This document shows positions 51,289-62,634 of a DNA stretch of 64,000 bases, piece after piece. The translations under genes were made by a program, and so were the position numbers. Under the pieces are notes generated by a model, which did no database searches, was not told where the DNA came from, and was given only the letters and a program-made list of their open reading frames with translations. Numbering within the stretch: the first letter of the stretch is position 1; every line of letters begins with the position of its first letter. The DNA is from Alphaproteobacteria bacterium (GTDB taxonomy: Bacteria > Pseudomonadota > Alphaproteobacteria > JAEULC01), in NCBI GenBank assembly GCA_023150455.1, contig JAKLKW010000028.1, positions 1,671-65,670 of the forward strand, read 5' to 3'.

Positions 51289-51813
51289 GGCGGCGGGTCC
51301 TTGTACGGTGTGACACGCCGGGTGTGGAGTCCGGCGCGGGCGGGACAGGGGTCCCTCGGGCGACAGTTCGTGTAGCGGGATTCTGCGCGCTTGGCCAGCG
51401 CCTTGGACGCCGGCGGCGGTCAGGACGTGCTCGATGCGCTGCTCCGCCAGCGCGGACGCGCCGGCATCGGCAACGGCCTTCCGGCGTCGCTGTGCCGCCG
51501 CGAGGAACTCGCCGTCGATGCAATAGCGGCGGCGGTACCGCTCGAGCGTGTCGGACCGCGCCATGTCCGTGCCGAGCAGCGTGCCGACGCCGGCGCCGAC
51601 GGACGGCTTGTAGCGGTGCTCGACGACCAGCTCGCGGCGCGACGGGAAGACCCGGCGCCATTGAGTGTGCGCAGCTTCGGCGCCGGCCGACGGCGAAACA
51701 ACGCCGCGTGATCGGTGCCTTCCGTGGCACCTCCGCGGCGCCCCGATCCGCAGTCGGTCGCGTTCACGCGCCGGCGTGGGAATTCGTCCCGCTGGAAAAG
51801 TCGGGCCCTGATC

Positions 51814-52821
51814 CTATCCCGCTTCCGCCTCTGCCGGCGGAGCGGACCGCGTGCCGCCGGCGGCCGCCGCATCGGCACCCTCGCCCGCCGCCGGGCCGAG
51901 CCGGACCGTCACCGGCTGCGGCCTCTCGTTGACGCGCAGGGTGAAGACGTCCGGACGCGCATAGTGCCCGACCACGTCGAGGTCGTACTTGCCGCAGGCG
52001 ATGTCGCCGAGATCGATCTCGGCGGTGAGGATGGTCTCGCCCAGGTAGTTCGGCTCGGCGAGGAAGTTCCCGAACGGATCGATGATGCAGCTGCCGCCGC
52101 GGATCATCACGGTCTTGGGATCGTCGCCCTGGATCGGCGCGTAGTCGTTGCCGTAGGCCTCGCGGGTGATGTACTGGCAGGCCGACAAGACGAAGCAGCG
52201 GCCCTCGAAGGCGATGTGCCGCATGGTCGGGATCCAGCTGTCGCGGTCGTCGACCGTCGAGGCGCAATAGAGTTGCACGCCCTTGGCGTACATGGCCATG
52301 CGCAGCATGGGCATGTAGTTCTCCCAGCAGATCACGCTGCCGACGCGACCGGCCGGCGTCTCTATCACCGGTAGGGTCGAACCGTCACCGAAGCCCCAGA
52401 TCAGCCGCTCCATCGCCGTCGGCATCAGCTTGCGGTGCTTGCCGACCAGGGCGCCCTCGGGCGAGAAGAACAGCACGGTGCAGTACAGCGTGCCGCCGTC
52501 GCGCTCGATGACGCCGATCAGGAGCGTGATGCCGTTCTTGCGGGCGACATGGCCGAGCGCGTCGGTCGCTGCCGATGGCACCTCGATGGCGCTGTCGTAA
52601 TAGCGGCGGAATTCCTCGCGGCCCGCGGCGTCGCGCCAGCCGACCCGCGTTCCGAAGTCGAGCCCTTTCGGATAGGCGGACACGAACGCCTCCGGGAACA
52701 CGACCAGCCGGGCGCCCCGACGGGCGGCATCGGCGACCAGGTCGGCGGCCTTCTCGATGCATCTTGCTTGTTGATAGGGGACCGAGCCCGCCTGGACGAC
52801 TGCCACGATATTCGACGACAT
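51814..52821 (-). CDS. Nitrilase (carbon-nitrogen hydrolase branch 1-like)
   Basis: ATG 52821 follows GGAG. Catalytic triad contexts FPEAF (Glu), HRKLMP (Lys) and ICWEN (Cys). 335 aa with an Ala/Gly-rich tail. Confidence 0.9.
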   Translation of the reverse strand: MSSNIVAVVQAGSVPYQQARCIEKAADLVADAARRGARLVVFPEAFVSAYPKGLDFGTRVGWRDAAGREEFRRYYDSAIEVPSAATDALGHVARKNGITLLIGVIERDGGTLYCTVLFFSPEGALVGKHRKLMPTAMERLIWGFGDGSTLPVIETPAGRVGSVICWENYMPMLRMAMYAKGVQLYCASTVDDRDSWIPTMRHIAFEGRCFVLSACQYITREAYGNDYAPIQGDDPKTVMIRGGSCIIDPFGNFLAEPNYLGETILTAEIDLGDIACGKYDLDVVGHYARPDVFTLRVNERPQPVTVRLGPAAGEGADAAAAGGTRSAPPAEAEAG

Positions 52822-52936
52822 CAATCGGCTCCTCTGCATGACATGCCATCGGCGACCAGAACGCATGACTGGTCGCTGTGAGCCGACTCCCCGACGGCCC
52901 GCATCCGCATGCGGTCGCATGCGCCCGGCACGAGTT

Positions 52937-53194
52937 TCAGACCATCAAATACTTCTTCTTGATCTCCGGCTGGCGTTCGAGTTCGTCGAGCCTGCCTGCG
53001 AATCGCACCCGTCCGCCCTCGATGATGTAGGCACGTTCGGCGACGCGGGCCGCGAAGGCGAGATTCTGTTCCGCAAACAGGATGGCGAGCCCGGTCTCCT
53101 TCAACTGTCCGATCTGGCGGGTCAACTCCTGCACCACCACCGGCGCCAGGCCTTCGACCGGCTCGTCGAGCAGGAGCAGCGAGGCCGGCGCGCG
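52937..53194 (-). pseudogene. C-terminal fragment of a LivF-type branched-chain amino-acid ABC ATPase
   Basis: ...LLLLDEPVEGLAPVVVQELTRQIGQLKETGLAILFAEQNLAFAARVAERAYIIEGGRVRFAG... has Walker B onward only. No Walker A or N-terminal half is present. Confidence 0.7.
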
Positions 53195-53334
53195 GGGTGG
53201 CGAGGAAGCGCTTGTAGCCGGCGTTGCCGATCAGCTCTTTGTCGCCCTGCTGCAGCTTGGCCTCGAGAGACGTCTCCTTGCCGCGCGCCCGCGCCGTCAT
53301 TGAGCCGGGTCAAGATCGCGGCGGGCGCCGCCGC

Positions 53335-55218
53335 CTACTTGAACATCCGGTCGATGACGGACTGGTGCACCGCGACGCCGAAGCGCCCGCGCAGCCCGTT
53401 GTTGAACTGCGCGTATATGTCGGTGCCGATCGACTGGCGCAGCTGGTCGGCGATGCGCGCGACGCCGGCGGCATCGGCGGCGGGATCGGCCGCAGTCACG
53501 GTCCTGAGCTGCGCGACGACGAATCCGCCCGCCACGGGCGACAGGGCGGCCTCGCCCGGCTTCAGCTTGAACAGCTCCGCCACGAGCGACTGGGCCGGCC
53601 GCCCGAACGGCGTGCCTTCCTCGCGCGTGAACGCCGGCGTCGTCTTGATCTCCGCACCCTGTCCGGCCGCTTCGGCCAAAGCGGTGCCCGACTTCACCTT
53701 GTCGCGGATCGCCTCGGCCGCCTGCTGCGCGGCCTTGGTGCGGCGATCCTGCTCGATCGCCTTGGCAAGCTGCTCGCGCACCTGCTCGAAGGGCTTCACC
53801 GCCGGCGGCGTGCTCGAGACGACGTGGATGGCGACCATGCCGCCGTCCTGCGTGTCGGTCATCGGGCTGTCGGCGTTGACGGCGGTCTCGAACGCCAGCT
53901 TCGCCGCCTCGCCGCCCGGCGGCAGGCCCTCGACCGGCTTGCCGTCCGGGCCGCGGCCGTCGCGGTCCATCGCCGCGACCTTGACCGCGCTCAATCCGGC
54001 ACGCTGCGCCGCTTCCTCGAACGAGCCGCCGCCGGCGCGCTCGTCCTCGAACTTGTTGGCAAGGCGCGTCACGGCGTCGCCCGCCGCCTCGCGCGCGAGC
54101 TCGGCCACCAGCTTCGGGCGCGCTTCCTCCAGGGTCTCGGTGCGCGCGGGCTCGATCTTCTCGACCTTGACGATGTTCCAGCCGAACGGCGTCTTGATCG
54201 CCTCGCTGGTCTTGCCGGCGGCGAGCGCGAAGGCGGGCTCCGCCAGCTCCGGCAGCAGCTCGCGCCGCGTGACGCCGCCCAGCTTGACCACGTCCTCGCC
54301 GTGACCGGCGACTTCCTTCGCCACGGCCAGGAAGTCCTTGCCCAGCTCGAGCTCGCGCAGGGCCTGCGTGACCTTCGCCTCGTCGTCGAGCGCCATTTGC
54401 AGGACTTCGCGCCGCTCCGGGTGCTGGAACTCGGCTTGGCGCAGCTCGTACGCCTCCTTCACCCTGGCGTCGTCGGGCTTGAAGCTCGCGATCACCGCGG
54501 CGGGGTCGATGCGCACCATCTCGAATGCGCGGTATTCCGGCGTCGAGAAACGGTCCTTGTGCTGCTCGAGATAGGCCTTGAGCTCCGCCTCGTCGGCCGC
54601 CGGCGGCTCGGGCGTCCTGGCCGCCTCGACGACGACGTAATCGGCGACACGCTGCTCGCGGCGATGGCGATAGACGATGTCGGCGAGCGTCGCCGGCGTC
54701 CGCACGGTGGCCGCGATCGTGCCGGCCAGCTGGTCGCGCGAAAGATCCTGGCGCAGGTTCGCCACCAGGCCGGCCTCGGTCAGGTTGTTGCTTCGCAGCG
54801 CGGCCTGGAATCGCTGCGGGTCGAACAGGCCGGCCTCGTTGCGGAAGGCGGGGATCTGCGCGATGCGCTGGCGGATGACGCTTTCCGGAACCGCGATCCC
54901 CAGGTGCTTGATCTCCTGCTGCAGCAGCGCCTGGCCGACCAGCATGTCGAGCGACTGGTCGAGCACGCCGAGCTGGCGCGCCTTGTCGGCGTCGAACTGG
55001 CCGCCGAACAGCGGGCGCAGCCGGTCGACCTGGCGGCGGAACTCGCCGTTCAGCTCGGCCGCAGAGATCTCGACATCGCCGACCTGGGCGACGCTGGTCT
55101 GCTGGCCGGGACCGCGGAAGATGTCGCCGATGCCCCAGATCGCGAAGCTCACGATCAGCAGAACGAACAGCAGCTTGATGACCCAAGACGTCGCCTTGGA
55201 GCGGAGCGATTGCAGCAT
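53335..55218 (-). CDS. ppiD: PpiD-like periplasmic chaperone / peptidyl-prolyl isomerase (SurA N-terminal domain)
   Basis: 627 aa. N-terminal TM anchor MLQSLRSKATSWVIKLLFVLLIVSFAIWGIGDIF is characteristic of PpiD. A parvulin-like region is also present. Confidence 0.85.
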   Translation of the reverse strand: MLQSLRSKATSWVIKLLFVLLIVSFAIWGIGDIFRGPGQQTSVAQVGDVEISAAELNGEFRRQVDRLRPLFGGQFDADKARQLGVLDQSLDMLVGQALLQQEIKHLGIAVPESVIRQRIAQIPAFRNEAGLFDPQRFQAALRSNNLTEAGLVANLRQDLSRDQLAGTIAATVRTPATLADIVYRHRREQRVADYVVVEAARTPEPPAADEAELKAYLEQHKDRFSTPEYRAFEMVRIDPAAVIASFKPDDARVKEAYELRQAEFQHPERREVLQMALDDEAKVTQALRELELGKDFLAVAKEVAGHGEDVVKLGGVTRRELLPELAEPAFALAAGKTSEAIKTPFGWNIVKVEKIEPARTETLEEARPKLVAELAREAAGDAVTRLANKFEDERAGGGSFEEAAQRAGLSAVKVAAMDRDGRGPDGKPVEGLPPGGEAAKLAFETAVNADSPMTDTQDGGMVAIHVVSSTPPAVKPFEQVREQLAKAIEQDRRTKAAQQAAEAIRDKVKSGTALAEAAGQGAEIKTTPAFTREEGTPFGRPAQSLVAELFKLKPGEAALSPVAGGFVVAQLRTVTAADPAADAAGVARIADQLRQSIGTDIYAQFNNGLRGRFGVAVHQSVIDRMFK

Positions 55219-55554
55219 TTGAACCTGAAGAAACGACGTTAAGAGATTGACGTATCTAATTTAGTTTGGGCGCATCGACGCCAAGCGCATGATATCGGTC
55301 ACCCCGGGCGTCGCAACCGAAAACGGCCTTGGCGGGACGGGAGGGGATGGTCGCGCGGCAGGCCATCGGCCCGGACTCGCTGCGCTGGGTCCCTGCGCTT
55401 GGCGCCCGGCCCGCGACGTGACAGCCTGGAAGCGCGGTTCGCGTCGTCGCGACCCGAGCCGGCCGTATCGGCAGGATTCGTCGAGTAGATCACGCGAGTT
55501 GCCGGCCGAAGGCAAAGCAATGCCGATGCCGTCCCGTCAAAAGGCCAAGTAAAC

Positions 55555-56193
55555 ATGATTCGCCTGCTCACCCGTGGCTTCTGGATTGTGGTATTTGCGA
55601 CGCTGATCGTGCTCGCCAGCACGTTCCACGCCATAAACCCGGCCGAATACAAGGTGTCGTTCGAGAAGCTCGTGTCCGACAAGCTCGGCCGCGACGTCAA
55701 GGTCGAGCGCGCGGGGCTGGAATGGGGACTGCCGCCGCGCATCGTGCTGCACAATGTCCAAATCGCCGACCGCGGCGTGGCGCGCAACGGCCGCGGCGAG
55801 GCGGTGCAGGCCCAGCGCGTCGTCGCCGAGCTCGACATGATCCCATTGACCTATGGCCGCGTCGTGGCGCCGCGGGTGCGGCTCGAGAACGTCGAGCTGG
55901 CATTGCAGACCGGCGGGCGCGGGGCAGCGGGCGCCGGCGCGACGGGCGGCGGAGGCGCCGCCGCGGCGCCCGCGTTCGGCTCGATGCTGAGCACCCTGGG
56001 GCCGGCGCTCGGCGTCGGCGCCCTGGCGATCAGCGGCCTCAGCGTCGTCATGCGCGACGGCAGCGGCGCGGGCACGACGGTGGTCGACCTCGGCGGAACC
56101 GTGATCCGAGGGGGCGGCGGCAAGTCGGAGGGCGACGAAACCCAGCGCGGCGGCGATGGCGGGGGCGGGGGCGGCAAGAAACCGGGCTGCTGA
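55555..56193 (+). CDS. Short AsmA-like N-terminal domain protein with a Gly-rich tail
   Basis: TM anchor, then DKLGRDVKVERAGLEWGLPPRIVLHNVQIAD, which resembles the AsmA N-terminus. Only 212 aa. Confidence 0.45.
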   Translation: MIRLLTRGFWIVVFATLIVLASTFHAINPAEYKVSFEKLVSDKLGRDVKVERAGLEWGLPPRIVLHNVQIADRGVARNGRGEAVQAQRVVAELDMIPLTYGRVVAPRVRLENVELALQTGGRGAAGAGATGGGGAAAAPAFGSMLSTLGPALGVGALAISGLSVVMRDGSGAGTTVVDLGGTVIRGGGGKSEGDETQRGGDGGGGGGKKPGC

Positions 56194-56197
56194 ACCG

Positions 56198-57190
56198 ATG
56201 CGGCAGGCGAGCAGGGCGATCGCTCTCGTGCTGCTGGCGTGCACGCCGCTCGCCGGCGGCCCCGCATCGGCCGCGGTCGACGACGCGCAGCAGCCGATCC
56301 CGGCCGGCGTGATCGAGCAGCCCTCGGCCGACATGGACGAGCGCAGCGAGCGCACCTTCCGCGAAGGGTTCCGCTCGTTCCAGCGCCGCGATTTCCATGC
56401 CGCCTACGAGCACTGGCGCGGACTCGCCGAGGAGGGACAGCCGGCGGCGCAGTTCAATGTGGGCGTGCTGACGGAGCTTGGCCGCGGCATCAAGGCCGAT
56501 TTCAAGGAGGCGGCGGCGTGGTACGAGCGCTCGGCGCTCGGCGGCACGCCCGAAGCCATGACCAATCTCGGCCGGCTCTACATCTTCGGCAAGGGCGTCA
56601 GGCGCGATCATGCCAAGGGGTTCGAGTGGTTTCGCCGCGGCGCCGAGCTCGAGTTCCCCGAGGCCGAGTACAATCTCTGCGTCGCCTACGTGCACGGCTA
56701 CGGCACGCAGCCAAGCCCGCAGCAGGCCTTCGCGGCGTGCCGCAAGTCGGCCGACCGGGGCTATCGTCCGGCCCAGTTCGATGTCGCGGGCTTCTACTAC
56801 CGCGGCTACGGCACCGCGCGCGATCCGCGCGAGGCCGCCACCTGGTACGCGCGCGCCGCCAATGCGGGTGATCCCCTGGCGCAATACAATCTCGGGCTGA
56901 TGCGCGCAAAGGGCGAAGGGGTGCCGCAGGATCCGGCCGAAGCCGCGCGCTGGATCGCGCGGGCGGCGGAGCGGGGACTCGCGCGCGCCCAGGTCCAGCT
57001 CGGCCTCATGTACCTGAACGGGGCCGGCGTCGCGCCGGACCGCATCACGGCGCTCATGTGGTTCGAGATCGCCGCCCAGCGCGGCGACAAGGAGGGGGTC
57101 GACTATCGCGACCGGCTGCGCCGGCAGGTGACGATGGCCGAGCGCGACAAGGCGCGCGATCGCGCCATCGCTTTCAAGCCCAAATCCTGA
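56198..57190 (+). CDS. Sel1-repeat (TPR-like) secreted protein
   Basis: Trimmed to ATG 56198. Signal peptide, then repeated AA.WY.RAA..G...AQ.NLG..Y..G.GV motifs (about 7 repeats). Confidence 0.85.
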   Translation: MRQASRAIALVLLACTPLAGGPASAAVDDAQQPIPAGVIEQPSADMDERSERTFREGFRSFQRRDFHAAYEHWRGLAEEGQPAAQFNVGVLTELGRGIKADFKEAAAWYERSALGGTPEAMTNLGRLYIFGKGVRRDHAKGFEWFRRGAELEFPEAEYNLCVAYVHGYGTQPSPQQAFAACRKSADRGYRPAQFDVAGFYYRGYGTARDPREAATWYARAANAGDPLAQYNLGLMRAKGEGVPQDPAEAARWIARAAERGLARAQVQLGLMYLNGAGVAPDRITALMWFEIAAQRGDKEGVDYRDRLRRQVTMAERDKARDRAIAFKPKS

Positions 57191-57225
57191 TAGCCAGGGC
57201 GTCACGACGACCAGGGAGGTAATCG

Positions 57226-57987
57226 ATGCCGTCGCCCCGCCGGCTGATCGCCGGCAATTGGAAGATGAACGGGCTGAGATCCGACGCGACGACCCGCGCC
57301 GCGGCGCTGCGCGACAAGGCGGGTGCGGCGCGCATGGCGTTGCCCGACATCGTGCTGTGCCCGCCCTTCACGCTGCTGACCACCGTCGCCCAGACGATCG
57401 GCTCGACGCTCGCCCTCGGCGCGCAGGATTGCCACGCCGCCGACAAGGGAGCGCATACCGGCGACATCGCCGCGCCGATGCTGGCCGAGATCGGCTGCCG
57501 CTACGTCATCGTCGGCCATTCCGAGCGCCGCGCCGCGCATGGCGAAAACGACCCGCAGGTGCGCGCCAAGGCCGAGGCGGCGCACCGCGCCGGGCTCGTG
57601 GCCATCATCTGCGTCGGCGAAAGCGCCAACGAGCGCAAGGCCGGCCGCCATCTCACCGTCGTCGCGGGGCAGCTCGATGGTTCGCTGCCGGCCGGCGTCA
57701 ACGCCGCCAACACGGTCATCGCCTACGAGCCGGTCTGGGCGATCGGCACCGGCCAGACGCCGATGCCGTCCGACATCGCCGAGATGCATGCCTATGTGCG
57801 CAAGCGGCTGAGCGACGCGCTGCCGAAGGACGACGAAGGCGAGCGCATCCGCCTGCTCTACGGCGGTTCCGCGAATTCCGGCAATGCGCCGGAGCTGGTG
57901 GCCACCCCGGGCGTCGACGGACTGCTGGTCGGCGGCGCCAGCCTGGACGCCGAGGCGTTCTGGAAGATGGTGCTGGCGGCGGTGTGA
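57226..57987 (+). CDS. tpiA: Triosephosphate isomerase
   Basis: LIAGNWKMNG, GHSERR, and AYEPVWAIGTG. Confidence 0.95.
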   Translation: MPSPRRLIAGNWKMNGLRSDATTRAAALRDKAGAARMALPDIVLCPPFTLLTTVAQTIGSTLALGAQDCHAADKGAHTGDIAAPMLAEIGCRYVIVGHSERRAAHGENDPQVRAKAEAAHRAGLVAIICVGESANERKAGRHLTVVAGQLDGSLPAGVNAANTVIAYEPVWAIGTGQTPMPSDIAEMHAYVRKRLSDALPKDDEGERIRLLYGGSANSGNAPELVATPGVDGLLVGGASLDAEAFWKMVLAAV

Positions 57988-57994
57988 CCTCCGG

Positions 57995-58597
57995 TCAGCC
58001 CGGCGTGTTCGCGTCCCGCGGCTTCATCATCGCCGCGGCGCGGCGCTCGACCTCCTTCGGCGACACGTCCTCCTTGTGGGTCGCCACGTGCCAGACATGG
58101 CCATACGGGTCGCGCACCGTGCCCGAGCGATCGCCGTAGAACTGGTCCTCGACCGGCCGCACGATCGCGGCACCGGCGCCGACCGCCTGCTCGACCGTCC
58201 GGTCGACGTCCTTGACGTAGAGATGGATGGTGACCGGCGTGCCGCCCACCGTGGTCGGGCTCAGCGCCTCGTGCTCGGGCCATTCGTCGGCGAGCATGAC
58301 CAGCGAATCGCCGAACTCGAGCTCGGCATGGCCGATCTTGCCGCCCGGCGCGCCGATGCGCATCTTCTCGCGCGCGCCGAACGCCTTCCTGTAGAACTCG
58401 ATCGCGCCGGCGCCGTCGCTGACGATCAGGTAGGGCGTGATGCTGCCGTAGCCGGCCGGGATCGGCTGCGGCCTGCGCGCGACCCGCGCGGCGGCGCGGC
58501 GCGCGGGTTTGCGAGTCGCGCCGCGCCGGGCCGATCTCGCCCGAACGGTCGCACGGGCGCCGGTCTTGCCCTTGCCCGGTTTGCGGGTGGTCCTCAT
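57995..58597 (-). CDS. VOC-family (glyoxalase/PhnB-like) protein with a ~45-aa Lys/Arg-rich N-terminal extension
   Basis: ATG 58597 lies 7 nt after GGAGGAG. The core ITPYLIVSDGAGAIEFYRKAFGA...HAELEFGDSLVMLADE...FYGDRSGTVRDPYGHVWHV is PhnB-like. Confidence 0.8.
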   Translation of the reverse strand: MRTTRKPGKGKTGARATVRARSARRGATRKPARRAAARVARRPQPIPAGYGSITPYLIVSDGAGAIEFYRKAFGAREKMRIGAPGGKIGHAELEFGDSLVMLADEWPEHEALSPTTVGGTPVTIHLYVKDVDRTVEQAVGAGAAIVRPVEDQFYGDRSGTVRDPYGHVWHVATHKEDVSPKEVERRAAAMMKPRDANTPG

Positions 58598-58835
58598 CGC
58601 CTGTCTCCTCCCTCGCCGTCTGCGCACCGCGCCGGCTTGCGGTCGGCGCAGCCGACTACAACATAGGATCATTGCAGATGAGCGCGCGAGCCCGGTCGAA
58701 CCGGCCACGGAATGGTCGCGAAGCCCGCATTCGGTGCTGGCATCGCGCCGCCGAAAGGTCTAAAAGACCGCCGCACCCGAATCACTGGCCGACGCCGCGT
58801 GCGCCCCGAGGGAATTGGGGGCGCCTGGAGGAGTG

Positions 58836-59174
58836 ATGATCGCAATTCTGACCGTCGTCCACATCCTGGTCACCATCGCGCTGATCGGGGTGATCCTGAT
58901 CCAGCGCAGCGAAGGCGGCGGCCTCGGAATCGGCGGCGGCGGCGGCGGCGGCATGAGCGGCTTCATGACCGGCCGCGGCACGGCCAACCTGCTGACCCGG
59001 GTAACCGCGGGGCTTGCGGTCGCGTTCATGGTCACCAGCATCGGCCTGACCCTGATGGCGACCGGCGGCCGCAGCACGTCGATCATGGACGCGCCGCCCG
59101 CGGCGCCCGCACCCGCCGCGCCGGCCCCGGCGCCGCAGGCGCCGCCGACGGCACCCAGCGCGCCGGTCAAGTAG
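58836..59174 (+). CDS. secG: Preprotein translocase subunit SecG
   Basis: ATG 58836 follows GGAGGAG. MIAILTVVHILVTIALIGVILIQRSEGGGLG is the SecG signature. Pro/Ala-rich tail. Confidence 0.9.
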   Translation: MIAILTVVHILVTIALIGVILIQRSEGGGLGIGGGGGGGMSGFMTGRGTANLLTRVTAGLAVAFMVTSIGLTLMATGGRSTSIMDAPPAAPAPAAPAPAPQAPPTAPSAPVK

Positions 59175-59316
59175 GAAGCCGCTCGCCCCTCGACCGGCTG
59201 GGGCCGGCTCCCTCGGTCCGGTCCTCTCGTTGCCCTGCGCGCGCCCTTGGGCGCGTGCCGAGGCCGGAAGATTTCCCTTGGCGCGGCGCGCGCGTTGGCG
59301 TGTATGATGGGGGCCC

Positions 59317-60945
<1,629 letters not shown>

Positions 60946-60961
60946 TGGCGCGGCGCGCGTG

Positions 60962-61594
60962 ATGGACCGGCCCGCCCGCTTCGCGTCGCTCGCGCTTGTG
61001 CTTGCCGGCCTGTTCTCGCCCCCGGTCGCCGCGCAGGACGCCCGCGCCGGGGCGCTCGAGCGGCTCGAGGCCTACCTCGATACTGCCGAATACCTCTCCT
61101 ATGTCGCGGCGCGGCTGAACGAGTACGAGGCGCCGGGCCTGCGCGCGCAATGCCCGGCGCTGCGCCTGGTCAGGCGCGCGCAGATGTGGGTCGTCGCGGA
61201 AGCGCGCTTCACCGGCAGGGAGATCGCGCCGGCGAGCGGCGAGTGGATCGACCGGCTGATGGTCGACCGTTGTGGCGCGACGGTCTACCGCAACCTGCTG
61301 GTGGTCGCGCGCGAGCAGAAGCTCCAGGCATCGGCGTTGCTGCCCGGCCGCACCTACACGCCGCCGCGCCTGCAGCGCGACGCGCTCAGGCCCGCGGCGG
61401 CGCAGGCGCGCATCAAGACGGGCTGCCAGGACGCCATGCCCGTGGCCGACACCGCCGTCGATGGCAAGGTCGTGCCCGGCGCGCCGTGGAAGGAGGACTG
61501 GACCTTCGTCGGCTGCGGCAAGTCCGTCGTCGTGACGCTGTCCTTCACGCCCGCCAGCGACGGCGCGGCGCGGGTGACGGCGCGGGCGAAGTAG
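60962..61594 (+). CDS. Hypothetical secreted protein
   Basis: Signal peptide ending AAQDA. ~210 aa with four Cys. Located between pyrG and kdsA. Confidence 0.5.
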   Translation: MDRPARFASLALVLAGLFSPPVAAQDARAGALERLEAYLDTAEYLSYVAARLNEYEAPGLRAQCPALRLVRRAQMWVVAEARFTGREIAPASGEWIDRLMVDRCGATVYRNLLVVAREQKLQASALLPGRTYTPPRLQRDALRPAAAQARIKTGCQDAMPVADTAVDGKVVPGAPWKEDWTFVGCGKSVVVTLSFTPASDGAARVTARAK

Positions 61595-61643
61595 CTCCTC
61601 CGCAGCCTTGCCGAACGATGGGCGTTCGTGCGAAGCCTTGGCC

Positions 61644-62495
61644 ATGAAGCCCGTCAGTCAACGCCACGTGGCCATCGGCAGCCTCGACCTCGCCAACGAC
61701 CGTCCGATCGCGCTGATCGCGGGCCCATGCCAGCTCGAGAGCCGGCAGCACGCGCTGGAGATGTCGTCGGCGCTGCGGGAGATGTGCGACGGTCTGGGCC
61801 TGGGCCTTATCTACAAGACCAGCTTCGACAAGGCCAACCGCACGTCCGTCAGCACCGCCCGCGGTCTGGGCATGGGCAAGAGCCTGCCGATCCTGGCCGA
61901 GGTGCGCGAGCGCGTCGGCGTGCCGGTGCTGACCGACGTGCACGAGCCGGACCAGTGCGCAGCCGTCGCCGAGGCGGTGGACGTGCTGCAGATCCCGGCC
62001 TTCCTGTGCCGCCAGACCGATCTGTTGCTGGCCGCCGGCCGTACCGGCAAGGCGATCAACGTGAAAAAGGGGCAGTTCCTCGCGCCCTGGGACATGAAGA
62101 ACGTCGTCGCCAAGATCGAGAGCACGGGCAACCGCAACGTGCTGGTGTGCGAGCGCGGCGTCAGCTTCGGCTACAACACGCTGGTCAGCGACATGCGCGC
62201 CCTGCCGATCCTGGCCGCGACGGGCTGCCCGGTTGTGTTCGACGCCACGCATTCCGTGCAGCAGCCGGGCGGTCAGGGGAGCACGAGCGGCGGCCAGCGC
62301 GAGTTCGTGCCGGTGCTCGCCCGCGCCGCCGTCGCGGTCGGCGTCGCCGCCGTGTTCATGGAGACGCACCAGGACCCCGACAAGGCGCCGAGCGACGGCC
62401 CCAACATGGTGCCGCTCAAATCCATGCGCGGCCTCTTGCAGGCGCTGATGGCGTTCGACCGCGTGGCGAAGGACAACCCGCTGCCGCGCAACTAG
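61644..62495 (+). CDS. kdsA: 3-deoxy-8-phosphooctulonate synthase
   Basis: Trimmed to ATG 61644. [30 protein letters not shown]. Confidence 0.95.
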   Translation: MKPVSQRHVAIGSLDLANDRPIALIAGPCQLESRQHALEMSSALREMCDGLGLGLIYKTSFDKANRTSVSTARGLGMGKSLPILAEVRERVGVPVLTDVHEPDQCAAVAEAVDVLQIPAFLCRQTDLLLAAGRTGKAINVKKGQFLAPWDMKNVVAKIESTGNRNVLVCERGVSFGYNTLVSDMRALPILAATGCPVVFDATHSVQQPGGQGSTSGGQREFVPVLARAAVAVGVAAVFMETHQDPDKAPSDGPNMVPLKSMRGLLQALMAFDRVAKDNPLPRN

Positions 62496-62634
62496 GCATT
62501 GGCTCGATTGCCTGCGGGTTGGGCAATCATCCGCTGCGGCATTATCGGCATTGGCAGATGCCGGGCGAACGCGCATCCTTTTTCCATGCACAACGCGGGC
62601 GCATGAAGGCGACCCGCCTATAGGGGGAAACGCG

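Noticed and set aside
51289-51564. Possible trpE leader peptide / attenuator, or a chorismate-mutase-like remnant, in the in-frame upstream extension of trpE.
   Set aside because: There are no tandem Trp codons and no terminator/antiterminator hairpin followed by a U-tract. The similarity to chorismate mutase (LERYRRR.IDGEF) is too weak to call without a search.
53195-53300. Possible IS1634-like transposase fragment (…KELIGNAGYKRFL…) at the start of ORF 52821..53300.
   Set aside because: Only ~12 residues of resemblance. The same DNA in another frame may simply be the degenerate signature-motif region of the LivF remnant.
55219-55554. Possible ncRNA (6S, 4.5S, RNase P, tmRNA) in the 336-bp ppiD/asmA-like divergent intergenic region.
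   Set aside because: None of the conserved cores of these RNAs are recognisable. It is most simply two divergent promoters and 5' UTRs.
62496-62634. SAM-type riboswitch upstream of the MetX-like gene.
   Set aside because: No SAM-II/SAM-V-like pseudoknot motifs were seen. The only structure is a 7-bp hairpin (gattgcc/ggcaatc), likely ending kdsA transcription. The protein is probably not a methionine enzyme anyway.
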